Virus record (IMG/VR): IMGVR_UViG_3300022178_000152
Coordinates: 1-35,677 of that record
DNA: 35,677 nt
Reading direction: 5' to 3' (one strand)
Source: a virus
Taxonomy: Duplodnaviria; Caudoviricetes
The position numbers and the translations under genes are program-made. The first letter of the stretch is position 1. Each line of letters begins with the position of its first letter. The notes under the pieces are model-generated. The model was not told the origin of the DNA and ran no database searches. It worked only from the letters and a program-made list of their open reading frames with translations. Below, piece after piece: positions 27,952 through 35,628 of this stretch.

Positions 27952-28828
27952 TAGTAAACTCTTCGCCAAACACTCCGTATAACTTACGTAGGTCAAGACT
28001 ATGGTTGTTAAGTATAGTATCCATGTGTGATAGTACCTCCTTTGCATCACAAGTATTACTACCTCCATAATAGTAATAACCTCTATCCCTAATAGCACCT
28101 TGAACAAACAGCCTTAGTAACTCAGTAGGATGTTCGTTATTCTTAATACATTTGTAAAGTATGTCAAGTTGATCGTCTGTATTAAACCTTAGTATATCAA
28201 AGTCTACTCTGTTGTGGGTAGTTTTGGTAGCGTACTCTTCTTTTATAAGTTTATCTAACGCACCAATCTTACCGCGTACTCTAACAGCACGCTTCCACTT
28301 ACGTATTGCATTGTGCCACAGTCTACGCTTCTCTAACACTAGCGTTTCTTCTATGTCAGGTAAGGGGTTGATAGGTATACCTGTCTCTATGTTAAACTGT
28401 AAACCGCTAAAGAACTCTTCACTCTCAGATGTTATGTACTTCTGATGTGTTTCCCACATAGATGTCCAGTGATGTTGGTTATCGAACTCAGAGTGATGAT
28501 AGTAAAAAGGCATAGGTACTATCTTCCACCTACCAGTGGACTTTCTATACCATCTAAAAGGTACAACTCTTTCCATACCTATAGCTAAAGTATTGGCTAC
28601 TGTTCTAGCGTTCTCCTTTGTTATAACAAATGTCAACACGTTGTCAGGTGTTAGCGTACATACATCTACGCCATCGTAAGTCATTCTAAAAACAAACGTG
28701 CCATCATCCAACTTAAACAATCGCATGAAAGTCCTTATAGGTTTACCCTTCTCAGGCTTACGGCATTTAGCAAACAACTCAGCAGTGCTAAGATAATCTT
28801 TTATCATAGGTTCATAATCATTTGCCAT
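27941..28828 (-). CDS. hypothetical protein (295 aa)
   Basis: Long ORF tightly packed in the operon; no motif recognised. Confidence 0.75.
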   Translation of the reverse strand: MANDYEPMIKDYLSTAELFAKCRKPEKGKPIRTFMRLFKLDDGTFVFRMTYDGVDVCTLTPDNVLTFVITKENARTVANTLAIGMERVVPFRWYRKSTGRWKIVPMPFYYHHSEFDNQHHWTSMWETHQKYITSESEEFFSGLQFNIETGIPINPLPDIEETLVLEKRRLWHNAIRKWKRAVRVRGKIGALDKLIKEEYATKTTHNRVDFDILRFNTDDQLDILYKCIKNNEHPTELLRLFVQGAIRDRGYYYYGGSNTCDAKEVLSHMDTILNNHSLDLRKLYGVFGEEFTNEA

Positions 28829-28829
28829 A

Positions 28830-29504
28830 TTATTTCACCAACTTAGCCATAGTTACAGACGCAGTTAGACTTTTAGTATCTAACTCTTCGACTACTTTAG
28901 CAGACTTACGCTCTACTATCTCCTTATGTCGAAGCTGTTTCTCAGGGGGTATCAAGTCCCATAGTGCAGGCCATGCTTTAAGTGCAGGGGCTAGTGTAGA
29001 ATACATACCAACTACTTTCATCACACCATCTACAAAATCCTTGCAGTTTTTCTCTGCTATGTAAACTCGTTTACCCCACGCTATATACTCGTCCCATATA
29101 GGTGTGTCCTTATGGTACTTGGCGCTAAGATAACAACCACGCCAGTTGAGTTGAACCCCTTCGATCTTTATATCTACAGGAAACCTAAGCCCTGATACTG
29201 AAAACTTTGGGGTACACCAAAAGCCAGAGGTAATAAGACCATTATCATCTCCGAAACCCATGTCTATTACCTTATTACCCTCATCTGTAAAGCCATCGAA
29301 AGTTAGCTCATGCTTCTGGTCAAAGAAATATAGAGGTAACGCCTCCATCTTAGCCCTAATATCCTCTGAGAATATCTGCTTGTATAATCTGAAACCAAAG
29401 TCATCAGGTAAAGACCTTGCCTTCTCTATACTACTTTCATGTAATGCTCTCGCATTTTTTTCTATGTCTGCTACAAGCTCCATACTAAATCGTACTGTTG
29501 CCAT
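28830..29504 (-). CDS. Nmad5-like (nucleotide modification associated domain 5) protein
   Basis: N-terminal VRFSMEL...I and C-terminal STLAPALKAWPALWDLIP pattern; AAAGGAG SD. Confidence 0.6.
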   Translation of the reverse strand: MATVRFSMELVADIEKNARALHESSIEKARSLPDDFGFRLYKQIFSEDIRAKMEALPLYFFDQKHELTFDGFTDEGNKVIDMGFGDDNGLITSGFWCTPKFSVSGLRFPVDIKIEGVQLNWRGCYLSAKYHKDTPIWDEYIAWGKRVYIAEKNCKDFVDGVMKVVGMYSTLAPALKAWPALWDLIPPEKQLRHKEIVERKSAKVVEELDTKSLTASVTMAKLVK

Positions 29505-29506
29505 GT

Positions 29507-29707
29507 TTACTCTCCTTTAATGTTGCGAATTTCTATTTCGCCTTGGTTATACACACGTATCTCTACTTCTTTGTTTGCTACATCAGTCAACACGTTGAGG
29601 TAGAAATCACTTAGTTGCTTGGCTTCCCTACATTCTTTGTCAGTTAGCCAAGTATAGATTGAGACAGCGGCTATGATAGCCACCATCAATAGTTGTTCTG
29701 TACTCAC
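29507..29707 (-). CDS. small protein with N-terminal TM helix
   Basis: LLMVAIIAAVSIYTWL; overlaps the vWA gene stop. Confidence 0.65.
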   Translation of the reverse strand: MSTEQLLMVAIIAAVSIYTWLTDKECREAKQLSDFYLNVLTDVANKEVEIRVYNQGEIEIRNIKGE

Positions 29708-30843
29708 ATCATCACCACTTCACCGAAGGGTGCTTCTTCTGCATCAGTTGACACCCATAGTATAGGGTAGTCAGGTTGATCGCCAAAGTCGTAACAACAT
29801 AAGTCGGTAAGAACTACAGCCGCAATAGGTTCAACATCGTTGTCAGCTAGGAATGGCCATAACTTATCGAAGCTAGTACCGCCGCCGCCATGAGCCTTGA
29901 TGTCAAGTTCATCGTTAGGTTCATATACATCGTAGTGTGATACCTCGGTGTCGAAGTATATAACGTGTAGCTTGGTCGGTATTAGATCGCGGTGTACCTT
30001 GGTAATCTCTGCCGCAAACTGAGCTATATCCTCATCAGTTATAGAACCAGAGCAATCTATAAAGAAAGCAATCTCGCCTAACATCTCACCAGTCCTAGAT
30101 GGTAGGTACATACCTTGACCTATGAAGCGACGATTAGGTCTAGCGAAAGTACGTTCGTCAGCCTTACATCGTTGTAAGAAAGTATCTAACACGTTCTCCC
30201 AAGGGACTTTGGGATTGAGTATGTTAGTAACAAGACGTTCTAAACCTACGCTCAATTTGCCTGCCATCTTAGCAGACTGTGCCGCTTGAGCTACCTTGAT
30301 ACGCCACTCGGCCTCGTCCTGTTCTTGTTCAGCACTCTCGCCCTCAGCCTCGCCAATATCCATACCGATACCGCCGTTAACATCCATACCTACAGCAATG
30401 TTATCGTCACCTGTTGTATTTCCAGACCCACGTTTAGGTTGTGACAACAGGTTGTACACTCCGTCAGTAGTACCGCCGCCCTCTTCGAACATCTTCTTGT
30501 CTAGCAGGCCACCCTCTATGAAGTCACCTATGCCATCATCGACAAGCATCTGATTGATAATGATGTCGCCTGCTACATTCCATAGCTTAGGGTCACGACC
30601 TGATAGCCGCCATATATGACCAAGCATTGGGTGGAAACATTCGTGAGCCATAAGAAACACAATGTTACCATCGGTAAGACCATCAACAAAATCAGGGTTG
30701 TATCGTATTAGTTTGCCGTTGGTACAAGCCGTTGGTATAGTGTCATCAATAACACTTGGCATACCTAAAGCTATAGCACCAAAGAACGGATGTTCTAGTA
30801 CCAAGGCAGTCTTGGCCTTGGATAGTCGTTTCATTATATCCAT
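29704..30843 (-). CDS. metallopeptidase-vWA fusion (DUF2201-like)
   Basis: TACTNG, HECFH (HExxH), WNVAGD..IN, MIDAS DCSGS, GGGTSF, LTD. Confidence 0.9.
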   Translation of the reverse strand: MDIMKRLSKAKTALVLEHPFFGAIALGMPSVIDDTIPTACTNGKLIRYNPDFVDGLTDGNIVFLMAHECFHPMLGHIWRLSGRDPKLWNVAGDIIINQMLVDDGIGDFIEGGLLDKKMFEEGGGTTDGVYNLLSQPKRGSGNTTGDDNIAVGMDVNGGIGMDIGEAEGESAEQEQDEAEWRIKVAQAAQSAKMAGKLSVGLERLVTNILNPKVPWENVLDTFLQRCKADERTFARPNRRFIGQGMYLPSRTGEMLGEIAFFIDCSGSITDEDIAQFAAEITKVHRDLIPTKLHVIYFDTEVSHYDVYEPNDELDIKAHGGGGTSFDKLWPFLADNDVEPIAAVVLTDLCCYDFGDQPDYPILWVSTDAEEAPFGEVVMM

Positions 30844-30847
30844 TTTG

Positions 30848-31015
30848 TTACTCCTCGTAATGGATTGTTATTGTGAAGTGAAACCTCTTGGGCTTCACTC
30901 CTTTCTCTATAAGTATACTCTCAACTACTTCTTGAATGTATACTTTGTCAGCTTCTCTGGACATTGTTAGAACCTCTAACTCTTTATGTCCTGCTTTGAA
31001 CCATCTAGGTATCAT
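30848..31015 (-). CDS. small hypothetical protein (55 aa), not in the ORF track
   Basis: Hand translation MIPRWFKAGHKELEVLTMSREADKVYIQEVVESILIEKGVKPKRFHFTITIHYEE; ATGA overlap upstream; stop 4 nt before the vWA ATG. Confidence 0.7.
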   Translation of the reverse strand: MIPRWFKAGHKELEVLTMSREADKVYIQEVVESILIEKGVKPKRFHFTITIHYEE

Positions 31016-31869
31016 GCGGCTTTACCCATGAAAGCACCCATCTTAGACATGATGTCACTAGCATCTGCGGCAGTATCACGGCGTAAGTCAGGGTCATTAC
31101 GCAAAGCATCAGGATGGAAACCTGACAACTTACCCTCAACTTGTTGACGCATAGTCTCAAGGTTAGGGTCATCAGCAAAGTTAAGACGCGGTAAGATACT
31201 ACACAACTCGTTGATATGTTCGATGGTAGTATTCTTGAACGTAGCAGTAGGGTCAGCTAGTTTATCAGCTAAGTGTTTCACCCTGTCGTATAAGCGTTGC
31301 CATACCTCAGTCATAGCTTGTTCTGCTTGACGCTTGGTAGTAGCTTGTATCTCAGCACGTAGTACAGCCTCCTCTTCATCACTGATACCTGCACAACGAA
31401 AGTCATCAGATGCTACGTTGGTAATAGCCATAGCCATACTGAACTTGTCTCGTATGCTGTCAGGGTCAGCGTAATCGTCGGGGTTGTAGGACGTACCTAG
31501 TAACGTCTGAGCATTAGCAACAAGTTGTGGGTACTCTGGACAGAACCTATCCACTAGCATCTCGAACTCGGACTTCTGCTTACGAAAGTCAGTCATAAAC
31601 TCTAGGTAGTTAGCACTAGGTAACATCTGTATACCCTTGACACCCCAAGGTAGGGTGTTGGTATAGAACTTAGTACGTATCAGGGTAGCTTTCTGCTTGA
31701 TGTCTTTGAGTAGGTCACAAGTAGGTAGTAATGATTTGTGATACCTACCAGAACCATCAACAGCTCCCTTGGCAATAGTAGTTTCCAGACTGATCTTCTT
31801 GTCTAGTTTGTTAAAGGATGGAACAGATATGCTTAGTTGAGCAAGCAATGCTTTGTCTGTTAGCTTCAT
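31012..31869 (-). CDS. DUF3150-like helical protein associated with the AAA+/vWA module
   Basis: ALLAQLSIS...KLDK, KSLL, TLPW...G..MLP, LNFADDPNL patterns; GGAG SD favours ATG 31869. Confidence 0.6.
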   Translation of the reverse strand: MKLTDKALLAQLSISVPSFNKLDKKISLETTIAKGAVDGSGRYHKSLLPTCDLLKDIKQKATLIRTKFYTNTLPWGVKGIQMLPSANYLEFMTDFRKQKSEFEMLVDRFCPEYPQLVANAQTLLGTSYNPDDYADPDSIRDKFSMAMAITNVASDDFRCAGISDEEEAVLRAEIQATTKRQAEQAMTEVWQRLYDRVKHLADKLADPTATFKNTTIEHINELCSILPRLNFADDPNLETMRQQVEGKLSGFHPDALRNDPDLRRDTAADASDIMSKMGAFMGKAA

Positions 31870-31889
31870 AGTAATCTCCACTTGGTTGG

Positions 31890-32885
31890 TTAAAATAATA
31901 CGTCTTGGTTATCTACAGCCCAGTCAGTAAATGCGTCTGATGTACATAGATCAGGGTCACGACGAACAGCAGTACTCATAGAAAGTACACCGAACTCTGG
32001 CGGCATACGTTTGATATAGGTACATAGCTTGGGCATATTCTTGATACTGGCACGCTCTGCCAATGCACCAGACAAAGCATACAATGTAGCAGGGTCAGTA
32101 GGTACATCTGATGTATCAGGGTTGAGTAGTATAGCATCAGGGTTAGGTAGCTTACGATAGATACGCATAAAGCCAACGAACTCTGCCGCCGCACCCTCAC
32201 CGATAGCACCCTTGAAGCACTCGAACTCTGCCTCAGGTCGTACAACACCTAGCACATCACCAACTCCTGCTACCCATGATCTTGGGGTAGGATTAGCACC
32301 ATCACGTTGAGGGTCATAATCATGTAGTAGGTTAGGACGAAAGCCGATGAACGCTATAACCTCGGTCTTAACGTTGTTGTCTATAGCCCATGAACGCCAG
32401 TCATCTAGGTGAGTGTCTAACTCTAGCTCAGTCTCACGATTAGCAAGATGTCCTAGAACCTTGGAAGCACCTGCTCTGTCTGTCGATCTGTTGCCAGTAG
32501 ATACAATATGCCAACCATCTGCCATCTTGACACCATGCAACTCACGTTCTTCTGATATGTTTGCCATGACTTTCTGTATGTCTTTGTCAGCTTGGTTACG
32601 ATCATCGAAGCAAACTATACCGCCTCTACCATCGTCCCATTCTGAACCAACAGCAGGAAACCAATCAGGTATCTTGTAATAGAGTTGGGGTCTGTCAATC
32701 ATAGGGATACCGAAATCCTCTACTGGCATTGTAGGTAAGTGACGTTGGATGTAGTGGACACCAAGTTCTTTAGCAACTTGTTGTACGAGCTGTGTCTTAC
32801 CACCTCCAGGCGCTCCAGTTATGACTACAGGTCGTAGTATCTTGTGCATATCTTTGAGCGTTTCCTTCATAAGTGTTGCTCTCAT
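31890..32885 (-). CDS. MoxR-like AAA+ ATPase
   Basis: Walker A GAPGGGKT, Walker B VCFDD, sensor STGN, LANR arginine finger, PTPRSW. Confidence 0.9.
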   Translation of the reverse strand: MRATLMKETLKDMHKILRPVVITGAPGGGKTQLVQQVAKELGVHYIQRHLPTMPVEDFGIPMIDRPQLYYKIPDWFPAVGSEWDDGRGGIVCFDDRNQADKDIQKVMANISEERELHGVKMADGWHIVSTGNRSTDRAGASKVLGHLANRETELELDTHLDDWRSWAIDNNVKTEVIAFIGFRPNLLHDYDPQRDGANPTPRSWVAGVGDVLGVVRPEAEFECFKGAIGEGAAAEFVGFMRIYRKLPNPDAILLNPDTSDVPTDPATLYALSGALAERASIKNMPKLCTYIKRMPPEFGVLSMSTAVRRDPDLCTSDAFTDWAVDNQDVLF

Positions 32886-32886
32886 A

Positions 32887-33078
32887 TCATTTATCTCCTG
32901 CTATATATGAGTGATGGTCTGGGGCAAAAGTTACCACAGCCTTGGGATAGTTATGCGCTGAGTTGTTACGCAACGCTTTGGCTTCCATCTTATTATGGAA
33001 GTACAGAGGCTTACCCTTATCGTCGGTAAGCAAGTCACCATTCGGATATTTACGAACAGCAAATAGTTGTAGTGCCAT
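32887..33078 (-). CDS. small hypothetical protein (63 aa)
   Basis: AAAGGAG SD before ATG 33078 (MALQLFAVRK...); the track's longer start runs through the ribozyme. Confidence 0.7.
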   Translation of the reverse strand: MALQLFAVRKYPNGDLLTDDKGKPLYFHNKMEAKALRNNSAHNYPKAVVTFAPDHHSYIAGDK

Positions 33079-33095
33079 GCACTCTCTCCTTTGTT

Positions 33096-33160
33096 TGGTT
33101 TGTCTCATCAGTACAGCAGTAACCAACTACTGTAGACAGGGCATGACACCCTGTTTCGAC
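33096..33160 (-). ncRNA. type II hammerhead ribozyme with loop I pseudoknot
   Basis: Minus strand reads GUC-GAAA-CAGGGU-GUCAU-GCCCUG-UC-UACAGUAGU-UGGUU-ACUGCUGUA-CUGAUGA-GAC-A-AACCA: intact core, GUC triplet, closed stems III and I, 3-bp open stem II, loop UGGUU complementary to AACCA. Predicted cut between 33135 and 33134. Confidence 0.93.
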
Positions 33161-33558
33161 TAGCGAAAAGCACCTAGATGTAAACCTAGTAAGTTGTTGT
33201 AACCATTGATGAATAGGTAATTCATACGATCAGAGGGCAACCATTTAAGCTCACCATCAAGAGGGTTAGCCTGTCTCATATGCCCTTTGTAAAAGTTATT
33301 CATGTAAGTAGACACTCTGGTATCAAGGCTCTCATTACCGAACCAGTGTTGAGCTTTGTAGTCATATAGGAACAACGGCCATTCATCAAATGACCAGACA
33401 ACGTATTGGTCTTTCTCAGGGTAGTACCTACTGTCTATGGTTTTGTTGTTAGTGATGAACGGAGTTTTAGAACGTACATAAGTTCTACATTCACTAACAC
33501 TAACAACATCACGCTTAGTAGTCTCTGGCCTAGTGTTATGTCTCAAACGAATTACCAT
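33160..33558 (-). CDS. hypothetical early protein, paralog of 33552..33926
   Basis: Shares YVVWS.D.WPL..YDY..QHWFGNE and QANPL with its neighbour; GGAGG SD. Confidence 0.8.
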   Translation of the reverse strand: MVIRLRHNTRPETTKRDVVSVSECRTYVRSKTPFITNNKTIDSRYYPEKDQYVVWSFDEWPLFLYDYKAQHWFGNESLDTRVSTYMNNFYKGHMRQANPLDGELKWLPSDRMNYLFINGYNNLLGLHLGAFR

Positions 33559-33926
33559 CGTGCTACCTCCTCATTGACTGGCCATCTACAGTCAGCACCT
33601 AGCATATCTATAATTAAGTTCTTGTAACCATTGGCATACAAATACTTCATTCGCTCAGCTGACAAATATGTAATGTTATCAACTAAGGGATTAGCTTGGG
33701 TGGAATGTTTACTGGTAGTACGGCTGTACTTGGTCTCGTTACCAAACCAGTGTTGAGTTTGGTAATCATATATATAAAGCGGCCAATGATCGTATGACCA
33801 GACAACATACTGTCGCTTGGAAAAGTAATAATTACCAGTAAGGGAACTACTATGGTTCTTAATAGGTAGTTTATTCTGTACGTAGTACCTACAATCAACA
33901 CCAGATACAGTTACTTGCTTACTCAT
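33552..33926 (-). CDS. hypothetical early protein, paralog of 33160..33558
   Basis: Same shared motifs; GGAGG SD. Confidence 0.8.
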   Translation of the reverse strand: MSKQVTVSGVDCRYYVQNKLPIKNHSSSLTGNYYFSKRQYVVWSYDHWPLYIYDYQTQHWFGNETKYSRTTSKHSTQANPLVDNITYLSAERMKYLYANGYKNLIIDMLGADCRWPVNEEVARW

Positions 33927-34093
33927 CGTGCTACCTCCAGTTCATACTGGATGATAGCTTTAGTGTTACGTCTAACCTCTCGGTTAGCTTGCTTTTTGAT
34001 GTAAGTGTTAGCTGTTGTCTTGTTGCTATGCTTACGTTCACCAAGGTTATACTTAGCTTGGCTGATCCAATAGGTTCTGATGTTAAGTCTCAT
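33923..34093 (-). CDS. small basic protein (56 aa), not in the ORF track
   Basis: Hand translation MRLNIRTYWISQAKYNLGERKHSNKTTANTYIKKQANREVRRNTKAIIQYELEVAR; ATGA overlaps at both ends. Confidence 0.72.
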   Translation of the reverse strand: MRLNIRTYWISQAKYNLGERKHSNKTTANTYIKKQANREVRRNTKAIIQYELEVAR

Positions 34094-34365
34094 AAGGTTA
34101 GCTCCACTTGTTGATCGTTGTTGTAGTGTAGATGTAAAGTTACATAACCATTACGTTTGAGGTACTCAGTGTCGAGTACTGACATTACACTTCCGTTGTA
34201 GCTAGACGTGTTGTCGATAATAACAACATCATGGCCTACCATGTAGTCATAAACAGCATCACTCTGTGATAGATACGAACGACGACGAGGTTTCACATTT
34301 ATAGATTTGTTGAGTTCGAGGTCTTGTAAACTTGACAGTGATGTCCATTGGTTAGTTAGCTTCAT
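34090..34365 (-). CDS. hypothetical early protein (91 aa)
   Basis: GGAGG SD before ATG 34365 (MKLTNQW...). Confidence 0.7.
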   Translation of the reverse strand: MKLTNQWTSLSSLQDLELNKSINVKPRRRSYLSQSDAVYDYMVGHDVVIIDNTSSYNGSVMSVLDTEYLKRNGYVTLHLHYNNDQQVELTL

Positions 34366-34414
34366 AGGGATTTCCTCCGCTTGGTTGAAATTAAAACTTT
34401 CGAAAAATCGAGTT

Positions 34415-34453
34415 TTCTGTATCGCAGATCGGCAAAAAAGTGTCAAGTTTCGC
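34415..34453 (-). promoter_or_regulatory. candidate sigma70-type early promoter
   Basis: Perfect TTGACA at 34446-34441, 17-nt spacer ending TGC, weak -10 (GATACA); upstream of the early operon. Confidence 0.45.
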
Positions 34454-34469
34454 CCTGCCAAGTCAAAGA

Positions 34470-34860
34470 GTTATGCAACTAGTTAATAGGGGGGATATTT
34501 TAGATAAGAGATATGGCAGAATAACTAGCAATTTAACTAGTAGTAAGTATATGATATTATTAGGTTTATTTTCTGTAACCTTACAACTAGTTAGATTAGT
34601 TAGAAATAAATAATAATAAGGCCTGCCTAGTGGAGTATATATTATGTCAAGTTATGTATATGGCCATATAATCTCTACAGGGGAAGGGTTATTAAATAAA
34701 TCTAACTAATCTAACTATTCTAACTAATACAACTGTATACTTTTAGCGAATATGTATGGTTTATAGGGGTTTACGGAGTGTAAGGTGTAAGGTTTTGAGA
34801 CAGTAAGAAATCTAACTAGCTTAACTAATCTAACTAGTTGTAAGGTTTGGCTTAACTAGC
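34470..34860. repeat. AT-rich iteron-like region with a perfect 26-bp inverted repeat; candidate replication origin
   Basis: AACCTTACAACTAGTTAGATTAGTTA (34577-34602) is the exact reverse complement of 34822-34847; many TAACTA units, in 9-bp tandem at 34701-34727. Confidence 0.7.
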
Positions 34861-34960
34861 ACTATAACACCCTATCTGCCCCTAATGTGGCTCTTGATGG
34901 TCTCGCGCGTGACTCTATAAACCCCCGACGAATGGCGAACATAGTGAGCAACAAAACAAT

Positions 34961-34998
34961 AGACAAAGAAATACCCTGCTAGATTGCTCTAACAGGGT
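34961..34998 (-). terminator. intrinsic terminator
   Basis: Minus strand ACCCTGTTAGA-GCAA-TCTAGCAGGGT then ATTTCTTTGTCT; just after the stop at 35008. Confidence 0.75.
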
Positions 34999-35007
34999 TG
35001 ATTGGTG

Positions 35008-35166
35008 TTATTTGTCGATGTATATGATTACACCTTGGAGTATTGCTACTATTGCTACTAAGAATGATGACAACATCATGCCTATATCGTAGAACATGTA
35101 TGATAGTACTGTTGCGGCTATCATTAGGATTACTAATAGTGTCATTTTTAATCTGTATAATGTCAT
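35008..35166 (-). CDS. small two-TM membrane protein (52 aa), not in the ORF track
   Basis: Hand translation MTLYRLKMTLLVILMIAATVLSYMFYDIGMMLSSFLVAIVAILQGVIIYIDK; AAGGA SD; followed by a terminator. Confidence 0.72.
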   Translation of the reverse strand: MTLYRLKMTLLVILMIAATVLSYMFYDIGMMLSSFLVAIVAILQGVIIYIDK

Positions 35167-35193
35167 TTTGTTATTCCTTGTTTGATTAGTTGG

Positions 35194-35218
35194 GTAGGGC
35201 GACTCTCGCCGCCCTACT
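35194..35218 (-). other. GNRA-capped intergenic hairpin (processing/stability element)
   Basis: Minus strand GTAGGGCGGC-GAGA-GTCGCCCTAC with no U-tract after it. Confidence 0.55.
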
Positions 35219-35228
35219 TATTGGTTGA

Positions 35229-35513
35229 TTAGAACTTGAACTTAGGCTTCGCAGATGACTTAGGTTTCTCCGCCTCTACATCTACCTTAGCTATTGATAG
35301 TTTGCCGAATTTGTAGGCAAAGGCCATTGTCTCTGTGGACTCTATCATGCTTTGCTTGCGAAGTTCGTTTATGAACTGTGTCTGAAAGGACAATTTTGTA
35401 TCCATTGCCTTTTTGTTAAGATCACGATACTCATTGTATCGTTTCTTAAGAGCCGCGCTCATTGAGTCCACGTCTACTTCGTGCCAAGTTAAGTTAGTTT
35501 TTGAATTAGCCAT
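35229..35513 (-). CDS. first early gene, hypothetical protein (94 aa)
   Basis: TAAGGAG SD before ATG 35513 (MANSKTNLTW...). Confidence 0.75.
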   Translation of the reverse strand: MANSKTNLTWHEVDVDSMSAALKKRYNEYRDLNKKAMDTKLSFQTQFINELRKQSMIESTETMAFAYKFGKLSIAKVDVEAEKPKSSAKPKFKF

Positions 35514-35589
35514 TGCTAATCTCCTTATAGTTTGGTGCAGTGCCACCTTTCAAAGAACTGTCTGTTGGGTCACTGTCCCTGTCGACAAT

Positions 35590-35628
35590 TATCTTTTCCC
35601 ATATTAATTTAAAAATGTAAAGTTTCGC
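35590..35628 (-). promoter_or_regulatory. candidate early promoter near the right end
   Basis: GCGAAACTTTACA matches GCGAAACTTGACA at 34453-34441 in 12 of 13 positions; AT-rich spacer; -10 ambiguous. Confidence 0.4.

Noticed and set aside
27952-28107. N-terminal half of track ORF 27769..28107
   Set aside because: Out-of-frame overlap with the 295-aa gene; the later ATG fits operon packing.
30030-30045. Other CUGAUGA-like strings on the - strand (also near 31170 and 22715)
   Set aside because: Inside coding sequence, and I could not find the flanking stems or a suitably placed GAAA.
33079-33126. Extended start of ORF 32887..33126
   Set aside because: Runs through the hammerhead core; a strong SD supports ATG 33078.
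34577-34847. MITE/IS interpretation of the 26-bp inverted repeat
   Set aside because: No target-site duplication or transposase seen, and the arm motifs recur both inside and outside the element.
34470-34860. Possible CRISPR mini-array, given the Cas4-like gene
   Set aside because: Repeats are 6-9 bp, irregular and partly inverted, with no constant repeat-spacer period.
19067-35607. + strand ORFs opposite the early/replication arm (e.g. 22515..23144, 19067..19429, 30662..30970)
   Set aside because: Shadows of well-supported - strand genes.
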